From the NCBI GenBank assembly GCA_043228905.1, contig JBHGNT010000014.1, positions 16,368,001 to 16,432,000 on the forward strand: a stretch of DNA of 64,000 nt, given 5' to 3'. The notes under the pieces were generated by a model, which worked only from the letters and a program-made list of their open reading frames with translations, did not search any database and was not told the origin of the DNA. Positions 23,701 through 36,051 of this stretch are shown here, one piece after another. Source of the stretch: Azolla caroliniana. Lineage: Eukaryota > Plantae > Polypodiophyta. Position numbers and translations under genes: made by a program. Every line of letters starts with the position of its first letter. The first letter of the stretch is position 1.

Positions 23701-25666
23701 TCTAACATGTTTTTGGTCCCCAACTAGTTCCTCACATCTGCAAGTTGTTTCCCTTGCTTACATAGGCCCATTATGCGCAACTTCAATGTCTACTTCTGCT
23801 CCATGTACAACTTCTACTCTAGCAGTTGACCTTATACTCTCTCAAGCTACAACTTTCGCTTTGGTAGTTGACTCTGTCTTTGATCCAATGGTGCAACCCA
23901 TGAGAGTTTTTGCTCTAAAGGTCATACAATTTATTTCAAAGATATTCAAGTATATGTGGTCCTCATCACAAAACCGATTGCCCTAAAGGTTCTACAATTG
24001 ATTCTGAAGCTATTCAAGTATATGTGGTCCTCGTCACCAAACCCATTGTTCATTCCACTCAATTCCCTCTTCGAATGTCATCTTGCATCCATAACAATTT
24101 GAACTCCTAGAGAACAACTAAGTGTGGGACCTTTATATACAACCAAGCATGCAAAATGTACGACTTGAATGAGTGCCACCTTGCACCTCTCAATGCAAGT
24201 CACGCCTCCATAAGTATTAATCTCTCTCCCTCTCTCTACAATAGAAGATATATACATAGGTCTTAAAAAAATTTACTTGAATTATGAAATACAAGACACT
24301 TGCTTCATCATGCAACGCCAATGTATTATGACAAAAGAAAAATGTAGAGACTCAATTCACAAATTATACTACATATGTTACAACTAATTACAAAACCCAA
24401 TGTGCACGTGATCGCATTCAACTATGCTCATATGTCATATTTGAACTCTAAAGATAATAATAAAATCTATTTTCGATAAGAATACTTGGCTCTTCACTTA
24501 AATGAGACTTGCTTTACTCTTCTTGCGTCACATTAAGGTTGTTGATGGTGCATGATCCTCAATTATCCTCAATTGTCAGAAAATGATGCCTTTCTAAATG
24601 TTTATTACCATTGCCTTACATTCCATGTCATGATATAAATAGTATGATCACCCATCTTCATATATGTTGTCAATCCCACTAACTATCCATGATGGCAAGC
24701 TACAATACTGTCCACCCACTAATGTTTGTTGGATTCAATATTGCGTTGTATTACAACAAAAATTCAAAAAATTCAACATGGCTGAAATTTGCAAAGCAAT
24801 TGATGAGTCATTACCGTTCAGTACATTGCTCTTTTCCATTTGATAACATACCTTAACGAGGCTACAGTTACCTAATACCACAATTACAGATTTTCTAATG
24901 GCTTTCTCCTACCATAAAACTTGCAATTTTCAAAGAAATTTCTTCTACCTCTACAGCATACTACTTACCACTTGATCTTCCTAGTCTATGATCAACTCTT
25001 CGTGGAGCCAGGTGTATATTTCAACCAAATTCAGATCATAAATCGACAAGCAAATTTCTATACTAACAATAAAAAAAGCTGCACATTTCTCTACTAACAA
25101 TTTAAGAAATCCCAAACTGAGACAGCTATTGTTGGGAGACAACATTGATAGTAACAAAAAAACAATAATAAAACCATTTAGATATCCATTACATATTTAA
25201 ACATTACATTTATATGCACATTAATATCTAAGGTTAGAAAGACCACATATTCCAGGCAGCAAATCAGAAGAAATACTAACAATAACTTGTCCGTTACACC
25301 TACTTCTACCTTACTAGAGTGTTGATCAAAGTTAATTAGAGCGGAAGATTATATAAATACAAGGTCATACATGACACAGAAATTCCTCTAAGTTCTGCCC
25401 TAACCTAACTCCTATAAACAGAGGGTTTAGACGTAACAGATCACTACTACATAATACATGCTCCCATATTGTCCCACTCAATGGTAGATTTCTGTGTGTA
25501 CATTAAATTTCCACAGATAGATACATCCAAATCTTACTCTACACAAAACAACAGAGCTAAATGGAAATGCAATTTTGCATAAGCTTTCGAAAGACATGGA
25601 AGGAATGCCACAATTCACGTTCAAGAAAAAGAACCCGAATGGAGAACGATCGATCATCAGTATACA

Positions 25667-25685
25667 GGTGGTGTTAAAAAACACC
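25667..25685 (-). other. Histone-type 3' stem-loop downstream of H2B copy 1
   Basis: Minus strand GGTGTT-TTTT-AACACC-ACC: 6-bp stem and 4-nt loop, about 60 nt after the stop codon. Confidence 0.7.
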
Positions 25686-25745
25686 ATGGAGCAAATTACC
25701 GACGAGGCTAAATCGTGTCAGATGGTATGAGGTGTTAAACGCCTC

Positions 25746-26216
25746 TTAGGCTGAAGTAAATTTAGTGACAGCCTTTGTTCCCTCAGAGACAGCATGCTTG
25801 GCAAGCTCTCCTGGAAGAATGAGGCGCACTGCCGTCTGGATCTCCCTGCTGGTAATGGTAGGCTTCTTGTTATAACGAGCCAGACGGGCGGCCTCCTGAG
25901 CGAGCTTTTCAAAGATGTCGTTGATGAAGGAATTCATGATGCCCATGGCCTTGGAGGAGATGCCTGTGTCAGGGTGCACCTGCTTCAGCACCTTGAAGAT
26001 GTAGATCTTGTAGGTTTCAATGCTCTTCTTGGTCTTCTTCTTCTTCTTCTCGCCGTCTTTCGCAGAGGAGGAGGGCTTCTTCTCGGAGGCGGCAGAGGGG
26101 ATGGGCTTCTTTCCTGCGGGCTTCTTGCCGGCTCTTCCAGCGACGCTCTTGGTGGCCTTTTGCTCGGCCTCTGCAGGGACAGGGGCGGCAGGAGTTTCTT
26201 TAGATTTGGGGGCCAT
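25746..26216 (-). CDS. H2B: Histone H2B (copy 1), 156 aa
   Basis: [40 protein letters not shown]...[15 protein letters not shown] with a plant-type Lys/Ala/Pro-rich tail. Confidence 0.99.
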   Translation of the reverse strand: MAPKSKETPAAPVPAEAEQKATKSVAGRAGKKPAGKKPIPSAASEKKPSSSAKDGEKKKKKTKKSIETYKIYIFKVLKQVHPDTGISSKAMGIMNSFINDIFEKLAQEAARLARYNKKPTITSREIQTAVRLILPGELAKHAVSEGTKAVTKFTSA

Positions 26217-26350
26217 GGCGAGCTTACAGGTGCAGGCGAAGAGAGAAAGAGAGATTAACAGAGAGTGAAGGTCTGATCTGTACTGTTCTCTTTCTATGCA
26301 GAGAGCGAGCTATGGCGATGGAGGTTTTTCTATTCACTGTGAGCTTTGCC

Positions 26351-26455
26351 TTTTAAATAGTGTCCATTCCGCCAATCAGATGCGAGGGCTCGGATCGAGG
26401 CCTTATAACCGTCCGATCGTATGGCCCGGGATCCACCGTCCGATCCTTCCCGCCT
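26351..26455 (-). promoter_or_regulatory. H2B copy 1 promoter module
   Basis: Two GATCGGACGG motifs, GATCCGAG (octamer GATCCGCG variant) linked to CTGATTGG (reverse CCAAT), and TATTTAAA. Shared with the other two H2B promoters. Confidence 0.75.
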
Positions 26456-26807
26456 TTCTTCTCCCACGTTTTCTTTCTTTTGCTTTTCGAATTAGTTTTA
26501 AATTTGAACCATAAACCCTATAAACCCCTTCGTGAACCATTCAAATTTCAAGGTGAGCACTTAAAACCTAATCAAAGGAATTTATCATTTCCTCATGACT
26601 ACTAACTAGCTTATACATTTGTATACATATAGAATGTAAAAGGCATCATAAGTAAGATGTGTTAAAACCCCCCCCTAATCTAATCGATGAACAAAAACCC
26701 ACATGCCTACACAAATTATAAGCCCACATAAACACACCCTTTGACATTCACTGATTCACCGTCTTTCTGCCTTGTTGACACTTAGAAACAAGAGATTTCG
26801 ATGTGTC

Positions 26808-26960
26808 TTTCAACGGGATTCCGATGTAGTGCATCAGATTTTGGTTGAAAGCCTATTGCTTTCAACGACCGCATCGGATTCCCATTGAAGACCTAAGGCT
26901 TTCAACCGGAATCCGATGCAACATGCTGCATCGGATTCTCGTTGAAAACAATCAGATTCC
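26808..26960. repeat. Array of an alternately oriented ~21-bp motif forming overlapping palindromes
   Basis: For example TTTCAACCGGAATCCGATGCA-acatgc-TGCATCGGATTCTCGTTGAAA (26900-26947), with further copies at 26808-26850 and 26871-26890. Confidence 0.85.
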
Positions 26961-29233
26961 AATGTTTTTTAATACATATTAAACAAGACTTGAAAAGGCC
27001 GTTTGGTGGTTTTTAGACTTAATTCTATAGTTTTTTTGTAAAATAAAGTTTGTTTTACTTCCAATAAGTTGATTTTATTTCACTTTTTGTAATCTCATTA
27101 TATTGACAGTGGATCCCAGTGAGCCACGACAAAAAGTCCCATCATTTAAGTTGAAGATAGTATCACCAACCAAACGAACTCTGACAGCTTCTTAAAAGAC
27201 AAGTCCCATTGGACACTATTCGAATCTGGTGGTGACGGAACTTCCAAATCTTTTGTAGGAAATATAATCAAGATGTTCGAGGATACACCCATAGAGCCAC
27301 GACTTAAAAACTACCTTTGCTTGGAATGGAGCCTGATTTATGTTGAGGAAGACGATGTCTTGCTCCTTGTATTTGCAAAGTTTGAAGGCAAAGGAAAGTT
27401 ACAATTAGGGAAGACCTTCACTTGCGGAAAAATTCGAAATGTGGAATACGAGGACGGTGATTCACCAAACCTCTTCCTTGATGTGGAGAGCTCAAGGGGG
27501 ATGCGCCAGGTTGATGAAGGCTATCTAGTGGTTGATTGTTGCCACCTTAAAGCCCTAAGAAAAGATGTTAAAACGAAAAATAACTCAATTGTTGCTATGC
27601 ACCCATATGTTAATGGAGAGATGATAGTTTCACAAATTCAGACACCGCCAAAATCATCTCAAAAGTCTAAACCTGAACACAATAAATACAAAAAACGACA
27701 CTTACAACCTAGTGAGGATGAGGTTGAAGTTTTAGAGTTTGAAGAGGAGGAGGAGGAGGAGGAGGAGGAGGAGGAGGATGAACAGTTAGAAGTGATCCCT
27801 TGGGGAGGTCAAATTTCATCAGGAATCTTAACGTTCGAACAAAATTGAATTTGAGAAAATATTGTGAAGATGAAATTGGTCCGTAAAGGACAGTTGTTTC
27901 ATTTGCCAATTTGTTTGATTCAAAGGTCGCCTATAAATCCCATGACAGGAAGACGGCCATTAGAAATAAGGGAGCCCCACGCAATCCATGTGCATAATTT
28001 AAAAAGCAAAATGATGATCAATCCGCATGCAACTGTTGTGCCAGTCTTAGTAATGGTAGACCCAAACCAAAGCCCAACAATTGTGGATTTCCAATACATT
28101 TTCGCAAAGGATTATACTTATTATGTGATTGGGGGATCTCAATCCGTTGAAGCCTAACGTCAACTTGTTAAAGAATATCCTCTTACACCCTTCTTCAAAT
28201 ATGCAGAATGTAAATTGTATGTTGGTCTTACACATGAAGAAGCCAAGTTGTTAGCTTGGCACCATAATAATGATAATGATTATAGAAAAAAGATGTCTTG
28301 TATTGAGCGCATCAGATTCTTACATCATGAGTATCTTGATGCCTTGCAAAGATATGGTCCTAGGTTGCATCCTGGGTTGCGACAAAATGTCTGTTGGAAG
28401 TGGGGATAACAACTGACAAAAGCACAAAATCAGAAGTATTACGCAAATATGAGTCGTGGTTTCAGCTTACTTTCATAACAAGGAGATTTGGGACTTACAA
28501 GATATAAGATTTGCCATGTGGGAGCGCAAAGAAGTGGAGGGGCAAAAGTAAAAAAAGGTGAAATTAGACCCTCAAGTTGAGATGAAGTCTAAGTCATGTA
28601 AAAAGTGACTTGGTAATTGAAGAATTGGCTAAAGATATGACGCTACTACCTTGGCGTTCATTGTAGGGCATTAAGGATGACACATTATTAATATATGTAC
28701 TTTCGCGACTGGCTGCCCAGGAGTTCAACTTAGATCATATGGTTACTGAATTCCAAAGTGAGTTGTTTATTATTATTATAAGTTTTTGATTGATTGTTTT
28801 TTCAATTTGCTATTAATTGTGTCCTCTGTTCTTATCTTATTTTTCGCCATCAAGTATACATGAAAATCCAAGTGCTGATAATGAAGAAATTGTCCTTGCC
28901 AACATGGGAAGAAGTGGAACAATCATGCCCAAAAACATCATCATATAAGTTGCTTGAAGAGTTATTCATAGTATCTGGACAATGGGTATGTGTGACTACA
29001 CTTTTTATTGATTTGAGTTCCGTGATATTTTCTTATGAAATTGATAATTGCAAAAACCACCTCAATCAAAGAAATTCAATGACAACAATGAAGGCATTCC
29101 AAGCGCCTTTTATCACCCATTTGGAATGAGCAAACTACGAAAAAAGAATGACAAAATGAACGGAGTTAGAGGTGCCAAAATACTTACAGTCAAGAGTTTT
29201 CTACATAAGAGCAATCCTTTCCGACAATTGTAT

Positions 29234-29563
29234 TGTTGAGAATCAAGCTCAACTTGGTCTAGTGTGTGAACTCACCTTGAGAGTGAATAGACACTCCAAC
29301 GGTCAAGAGTCATCATTATGTCACCTCTTTGTATTCTAGCATTTAGTACGAGTCATAAAATCATATTCTATGACACATAACTTATGAGCTTTCACATTCC
29401 CCATGCTCCATGAGTCTAGTAGTTAATGAAGAGAGAGGGTGACTATATAAAGCACCCTCCTCCCACCTTGTATGATGTTGAGTCTTTCTCCTTTGTTAAT
29501 ATAATCTACCTTGCGTATACTCTGTGTCTTACTCCTTGTCTCTCTCACTCACTCTCTCTCTCT

Positions 29564-29600
<37 letters not shown>

Positions 29601-29656
29601 CACACACACAGTTCACACCTATTCCGCTACACAAGAATCACACCCGATTCTTTACA
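29234..29656 (+). repeat. Copia D LTR1 (5')
   Basis: TGTTGAG...CTTTACA followed by PBS; near-identical to LTR3 apart from microsatellite length. Confidence 0.95.
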
Positions 29657-30525
29657 TGGTATCAGAGCGATTTGGTAGCTCGATCTAGCCCATTCGCCTC
29701 ATCGTGATCGTGTGGTGTGCTCTACGCCGACAACCAAGAACTGGCTCATCATTATCGTATGTTCACTACATAGCTTGCATTCGAAGAGAGAAGAAGAAGA
29801 ATCGACATAATGAACCGAGAAGTTGGGTCAAAACAACTTCGCATCTTGGGAGTACAAGATGCACCAATACCTTGTCGGACAAGGCTATTAGAGCTGCATC
29901 AAAGGAGAGAACGAAGATCGACCCGCCGAAGCGGCTCCCGGATATGCAACATGGGAGCAAGCCACAAGCAGCGTGATGTATTGCTCGGCGACATGTGTTC
30001 ACGATCACATGCTCGGCTACATACGCAAAGCCAAGACGCCGAAGGAAGCATGGGAAAATCTACGAAAGATTTTCGCGGCGAACACAACCGCAAGAAGGCT
30101 TCAACTCCGCCAAGAGTTGAACAACATTCAACAAAGGGACATGTCCATCACGACATACACGTTGAAGATCAAGGAGCTTTGCGACTCACTCGGCTTGATA
30201 AGCGTAAGTATCGATGATGATGAGATGGTGCAAATATGCCTCGACGGCCTTGCACCATGGTTTAGCGCGATGCGAACCACCGTTCTAGCAAAGGAGAAAT
30301 CTCCCTCATTCTTCGAGCTTCAATCAATGCTATTGGTCGAAGAAAACCACGTGCGTACAAGGAGCAATGAGTCAGAAGGCCAATTGCTCTACACGCATTC
30401 GTATAGAGGAAGAGGACGCGGACGAGAAAGAGGTCGATTCAGCCAAGGACAAGGCGGACGAGGTCCGACCTACGACAACAACTCCCAATTTCGGCCGCAA
30501 AACGGAAGCCAACGAGGAACCTTCG

Positions 30526-30823
30526 TGTTGAGAATCAAGCTCAGCTTGGTCTAGTGTGTGAACTCACCTTAAGAGTGAATAGACACTCCAACGGTCAAGA
30601 GTCACCATTAAGTCACCTCTTTGTATTCTAGCATTTAGTATGAGTCATAGAATCATATTCTATGACACATAACTTATGAGCTTTCACATTCCCCATGCTC
30701 CATGAGCCTTGTAGTTAATGAAGAGAGAGGGTGGCTATATAAAGCACCCTCCTCCCACTTTGTATAGGGTTGAGTCTTTCTCCTTTGTCAATATACTTTT
30801 TACCTTGCGTATTCTCTGTGTTT

Positions 30824-30859
<36 letters not shown>

Positions 30860-30917
30860 CACACACATAACTTACATCTCTTCCTATTCACAAGAATCTA
30901 TCTCTTGATTCTTTACA
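30526..30917 (+). repeat. Copia D internal LTR2 (more divergent in its 3' half)
   Basis: TGTTGAG...CTTTACA followed by PBS; interrupts the first gag copy after CTTCG, with no PPT upstream. Confidence 0.93.
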
Positions 30918-33900
30918 TGGTATCAGAGCGATTTAGTAGCTCGATCTAGCCCATTCACCTCATTGTGATCGTGTGTTGTGCTCCACGCCGACGACCAAGA
31001 ACCGGCTCATCGCTATCGTAGCTTCGCTAGATAGCACGCATTCGAAGAGAGAAGAAGAAGAAGAAGAATCAACACAATGAATACTCAAATGGGGAGCGCT
31101 CTCCCTACCGAGAAGTTGGATCGAAACAACTTCGCATCTTGGGAGTACAAGATGCACCAATACCTTGTCGACAAGGCTATTGGAGCTACATCAAAGGAGC
31201 GCATGAAGATTGACCCGCCGAAGCGGCTCCCGGATACGCGACATGGGAGCAAGCCGCAAGCCGCGTGATGTATTGTTTGGCGACATGTGTTCACGACCAC
31301 ATGCTCGGTTACATTCGAGAAGCCAAGACACCGAAGGAAGCGTGGGAAAATCTATGAAAGATTTTCGCCGCCAACACGACCACGAGGATGCTTCAACTCC
31401 GCCAAGAGTTGAACAACATTCAACAAAGGGACATGTCCATCACGACATACACCTTGAAGATCAAGGAGCTTTGCGACTCGCTTGGCTCAATAAGCATAAG
31501 TATAGATGATGATGAGATGGCGCAAATATGGCTCGGCGGCCTCGCACCACGGTTCGGCGCGATGCGAACCCCCGTTCTAGCACGGGAGAAATGTCCCCCC
31601 TTCTTCGAGCTCCAATCAATGCTATTGGTCGAAGAAAACCACGTGCGTACAAGGAGAAATGAGTCGGAAGGCCACATGCTCTACACGCACTCTAACGGAG
31701 GAAGAGGACACGGACAAGTGAGAGGCCGATTCGGCCAAGGACAAGGCGGACAAGGTCCGACCTACGACAACAACTCCCAATTTCAGCCGCAAAACGGAGG
31801 CCAACGAGGAACCTTCGCAAGAAGGGGGAGCTTCCACTCCGGCCCGAGCTGTCAAAACGCAACCAAATGCGGATATTGCGGAAAGCTCGGCCACCACGAA
31901 GAAGAGTGTCGAAAGAAGATGCGTGAATCGGCTTCCACAAGCCGACAACTCACGAATTACGCGCACAATTCTGACTACGAAGAGTATAGCGAAATGTACG
32001 GGCACAACTCCGACTACGAAGATCGTGGCGGAATGTATGCACACAACTTCGACCGTGGCAGAATGTACGGGCACAACTCCGACTACGAAGATCGTAGCGG
32101 AATGTATGCACACAACTTCCACCGTGGTAGAATGTTCATGATGAAACATAGAGCAAAATCTATGTTGGCCGCTACCTCAACTAGTGCCTCCCGTCCGGAA
32201 GACGTATGGTTAGTTGATTCCGGTGCCTCGAACCATATGACATCGCATCAAGAATGGTTCCGAGAACTTTGAGAGCCGGAGCGACCCGGTTATGTCGAAA
32301 CTGGAGATGACACTACGCACCCGATTCGGCACATCGGCAATGTTCCGTTCGGAAAAGAAGGTAAGCATAATTACATTAAAAATGTCTTGCATGTACTGAC
32401 CATTACGAAGAATTTGGTCTCCGTCGACCAAATTGTAGAGCAAGGGATGCAAGTTCGATTTAATCAAGGTGGTTGCTTCATCGAAAAAGAGGGCTGACTC
32501 ATCGCACACGGACGAAGAGAGGGCCGGATGTTCATTCTCGATTCACGCGAGATGAAATCCGCCATGTTCGCGAAAAACACGAAAGCCGACTCCGACATAG
32601 AGCTATGGCACAAGTGAATCGGCCACATCAATCTCAACAAACTCAAAGCAATGAAATCGAAAGGAGTCGTCATCGGACTCTCAACATTCAAAGAGAAAGA
32701 GATTGAAGGTGTATGCGAAGCGTGCCAATTCGGCAATCAACACCGACACCCATTCCTGAAAGAGTGGAACGTGAGCAAAGGTCTACTCGACGTAGTCCAT
32801 TCCGACGTATGGGGACCGGCGCAGACGGCTACATTCGGCGGATGCCGATATTACGTGCTCTTCATCGACGACTTCTCTAGGCACACTTGGATCTACCCGA
32901 TGCGACAAAAGAGCAAAGTGTTCGGACACTTCCAAAATTTCAAGAATGAAGTTGAGAAAGCCACGGGCCGACATGTGCATTGTTTTCGATCGGATGGCGG
33001 CAAGGAGTACGTCTCAGACGACTTCACGGCGTATCTCTGAAAGGAAGGAATTCGACGAGAATTCACTTGCCGACACACTCTGCAACAAAACGGGGTAGCC
33101 GAGCGCAAAAATCGGCACATCCTCGAAGTAGCGCGGGCCATGATGAACGAGAAGCATATGCCCAAGTCATATTGGGCCGAAGCTGCAAATACAACCGTCT
33201 ACCTAATGAACCGGTGCACAATATCCGGTGTGCACGAGGTCACTCCGCACGAAAAATACTTCGGAAAGAAGCTGGACTTATCACACATCCGCATATTCGG
33301 AGCGATAGCGTACGTGCACATCCCCGACGAGAAGTGTCAAAAGCTTGACCCGAAGTCGGAGAAATGTATCCTCGTAGGATACTCATTGGAGCAAAAGGGG
33401 TACAAGTGCTACAACCCTTCAACTCGAAAATCTTGAGTAAGTCGAGACGTCGTTTTTTACGAGTCCGCATCCTGGTACGCACCAGAGACAACTCCGACTC
33501 CGCCTCTGCTCGACCCGGAATATGCCGACCAAGAGATCGAGGATGAAGATCGCCCTACGCGCATGATCGAAGAAAGTCCGATCACGACCCAACTGAGTGG
33601 ACCTCAAGAGCCATTGAGCGATCAAAGCACATCAAGGCCTAGCCCGAAGATGGACAAAGGCAAGGCAAAAATGTCGAAATACGAAGACGATCGCTTCAAC
33701 GACGATGAGTCGACTCACTCACTCGACAGTGAGTTCGGCGGTTTCGAGGTACCAATCGGAGCTAAGAAAGCCCTCATCTCTGCAAATGAAAAGCTTCGCT
33801 GATCCACCCGTGAAAAGAACCATGTAAGTCGATTCGGCTACAACGATTATATGGCGTACCATTACGCCTTTATGATGAAGGTAGCGACAGTACGGGAGCC

Positions 33901-35659
33901 GGAAACCTTTTCAGAAGCCGCGAAGGACCCGCGATGGATCGAAGCAATGAACAAGCATATGCAAGCACTACGGAAGAACGAGACGTGGGATCTCGTTCCC
34001 ACCTCACCACACAAAAAGGCGATCGGATGCAGATGGATCTACAAGGTGAAGTATAACGTCGATGGCTCCGTAAACCGCTACAAAGCTCGACTCGTAGCAA
34101 AAGGATACGCTCAGACGTATGACGTCAACTACGAAGAGACCTTTGCCCCGGATGCAAAGATGACGACGGTGCGGACCGTAATTGCGATTGTCGCGGCGAA
34201 AGGGTGGCACCTCCATCAAATGGACGTCAAGAACGCCTTTCTACAAGGCGAATTAGAAGAGGTGTACATGATCCAACCATCCGGCTTCAACTCGAGCACC
34301 CATCCGAAAGTTGTTTGCCAACTCAAGAAGCCACTCTACAGCCTCAAGCAAGCACCGCGTGCTTGGCATTCGAAGATAACGCAATATCTTCATCAAATCG
34401 GCTTCCGTATGTCAAAATCGGACAACTCCCTCTACATATGAAGCAATTCTGCAAGTGGATGACCTAGTCATTGGAGGTGAGCATCTCATCGAAATCAATA
34501 AAGTCAAATCCCTCCTTTCCGACAAGTTCGAGATGACGGACATGAAGGAGCTCCACTACTTCCTCGGCATTGAGGTAATTCGGACTTCGGTCGGAATCAT
34601 GATCTCTCAACGATACTACATCCTCAACTTGTTATACAAGTTCGGGATGGCTGAGTGCAAATCCGCGGCAACCCCGCTCGATCACAAATTCAAACTAGAT
34701 GCGAACTCCGGCACCAAAGCATGTGAGCCGACTCAGTATCGGCAACTCATCGGGAGTCTCATCTACCTCATGATCAGACGACCCAATCTCAATTATCCGG
34801 TTGGTCTCCTTAGCCAATTAATGTAAACACCGCATGATACTCACTTGGATTGCGCTACGCGAGTTCTACGATACGTGAGCGGCACAATGGATTGTGGCAT
34901 CCTCTACAAGACCGCGATGCCAATATGACTCGAGGGGTACACAGACGCCGATTGGGCCAGCTACAAAACCGATAGAAGATCAACCTCCGGTTTTGTTTTT
35001 TCCCTCGGCAACGGAGCAATATCTTGGAGCAGCAAAAAGCAACCAATCGTCGCTCTTTCGAGCATAGAGGCGGAATATAGGAGCGTGGTAGTGGCTGCAT
35101 GTGAAGCCTTATGGCTCAAAAGGATACTCAAGGATTTGGGCGTACCCATCAAGGATCCGATTTCCCTTTATTGCGACAACATGAGCAATATCTATATGGC
35201 TCGGAACCCGGTGTTCCACGCGTGGACAAAGCACATTGAAGTGCACTATCCCTTCATCCGAGAGCGTGTTCTAGTTGGCGGGGTCGACCTACAACAAATT
35301 AGCACAAATCTTCAAACGGTCGACATCTTCACTAAAGCCTTAGGAGCCGACAAGCTATGGCAATTCATGATCGATCTCGGATTGATGATCCCTGACCTGC
35401 GAAACTTGAGGGGGAGTACTGAAGACACTACGCAATAATGCGTGGATTCTGCAACTGCGCAACAAAGAACTGATCTACCGCGCAAAGCCACAAAGAAAGA
35501 CGTAAGCCGAATCACATATTTTGCAACTACGCACAATGCAAGCTGGAGCACGGATTTCGCAATTCCACATAAATGTGAGTCGACGCGGACTCCGGAACGC
35601 GAGTCGAAGCGGATTTCAGATACCGTCTGAAACCGACCCGACTTGAGCCCTAGGGGGCA

Positions 35660-36051
35660 TGTTGAGAAAATCAAGCTCAACTTGGTCTAGTGTGTGAACT
35701 CACCTTGAGAGTGAATAGACACTCCAACGGTCAAGAGTCACCATTATGTCACCTCTTTGTATTCTAACATTTAGTATGAGTCATAAAATCATATTCTATG
35801 ACACATAACTTATGAGCTTTCACATTCCCCATGCTTCGTGAGTCTAGTAGTTAATGAAGAGAGAGGGTGACTATATAAAGCACCCTCCTCCCACCTTGTA
35901 TGATGTTGAGTCTTTCTCCTTTGTTAATATAATCTACCTTACGTATACTTTGTGTCTTACTCCTTGTCTCTCTCATTCACTCTCTCTCTCTCTCACACAC
36001 ACACAGTTCACACCTATTCCGCTACACAAGAATCACACCCGATTCTTTACA
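35660..36051 (+). repeat. Copia D LTR3 (3')
   Basis: Preceded by the PPT and followed by the TSD TGTAT. Confidence 0.95.

Larger units (their letters stand above)
29234..36051 (+). mobile_element. Compound Ty1/copia element D with three LTRs, decayed gag-pol
   Basis: TSD TGTAT (29229-29233 and 36052-36056); PBS TGGTATCAGAGC at 29657 and 30918; CGYCGKLGHHEEEC, WLVDSGAS, HSDVWGP, RSDGGKEY, QMDVKNAFL, KHIEVHY; PPT AGGGGGC before 35660. Confidence 0.97.
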
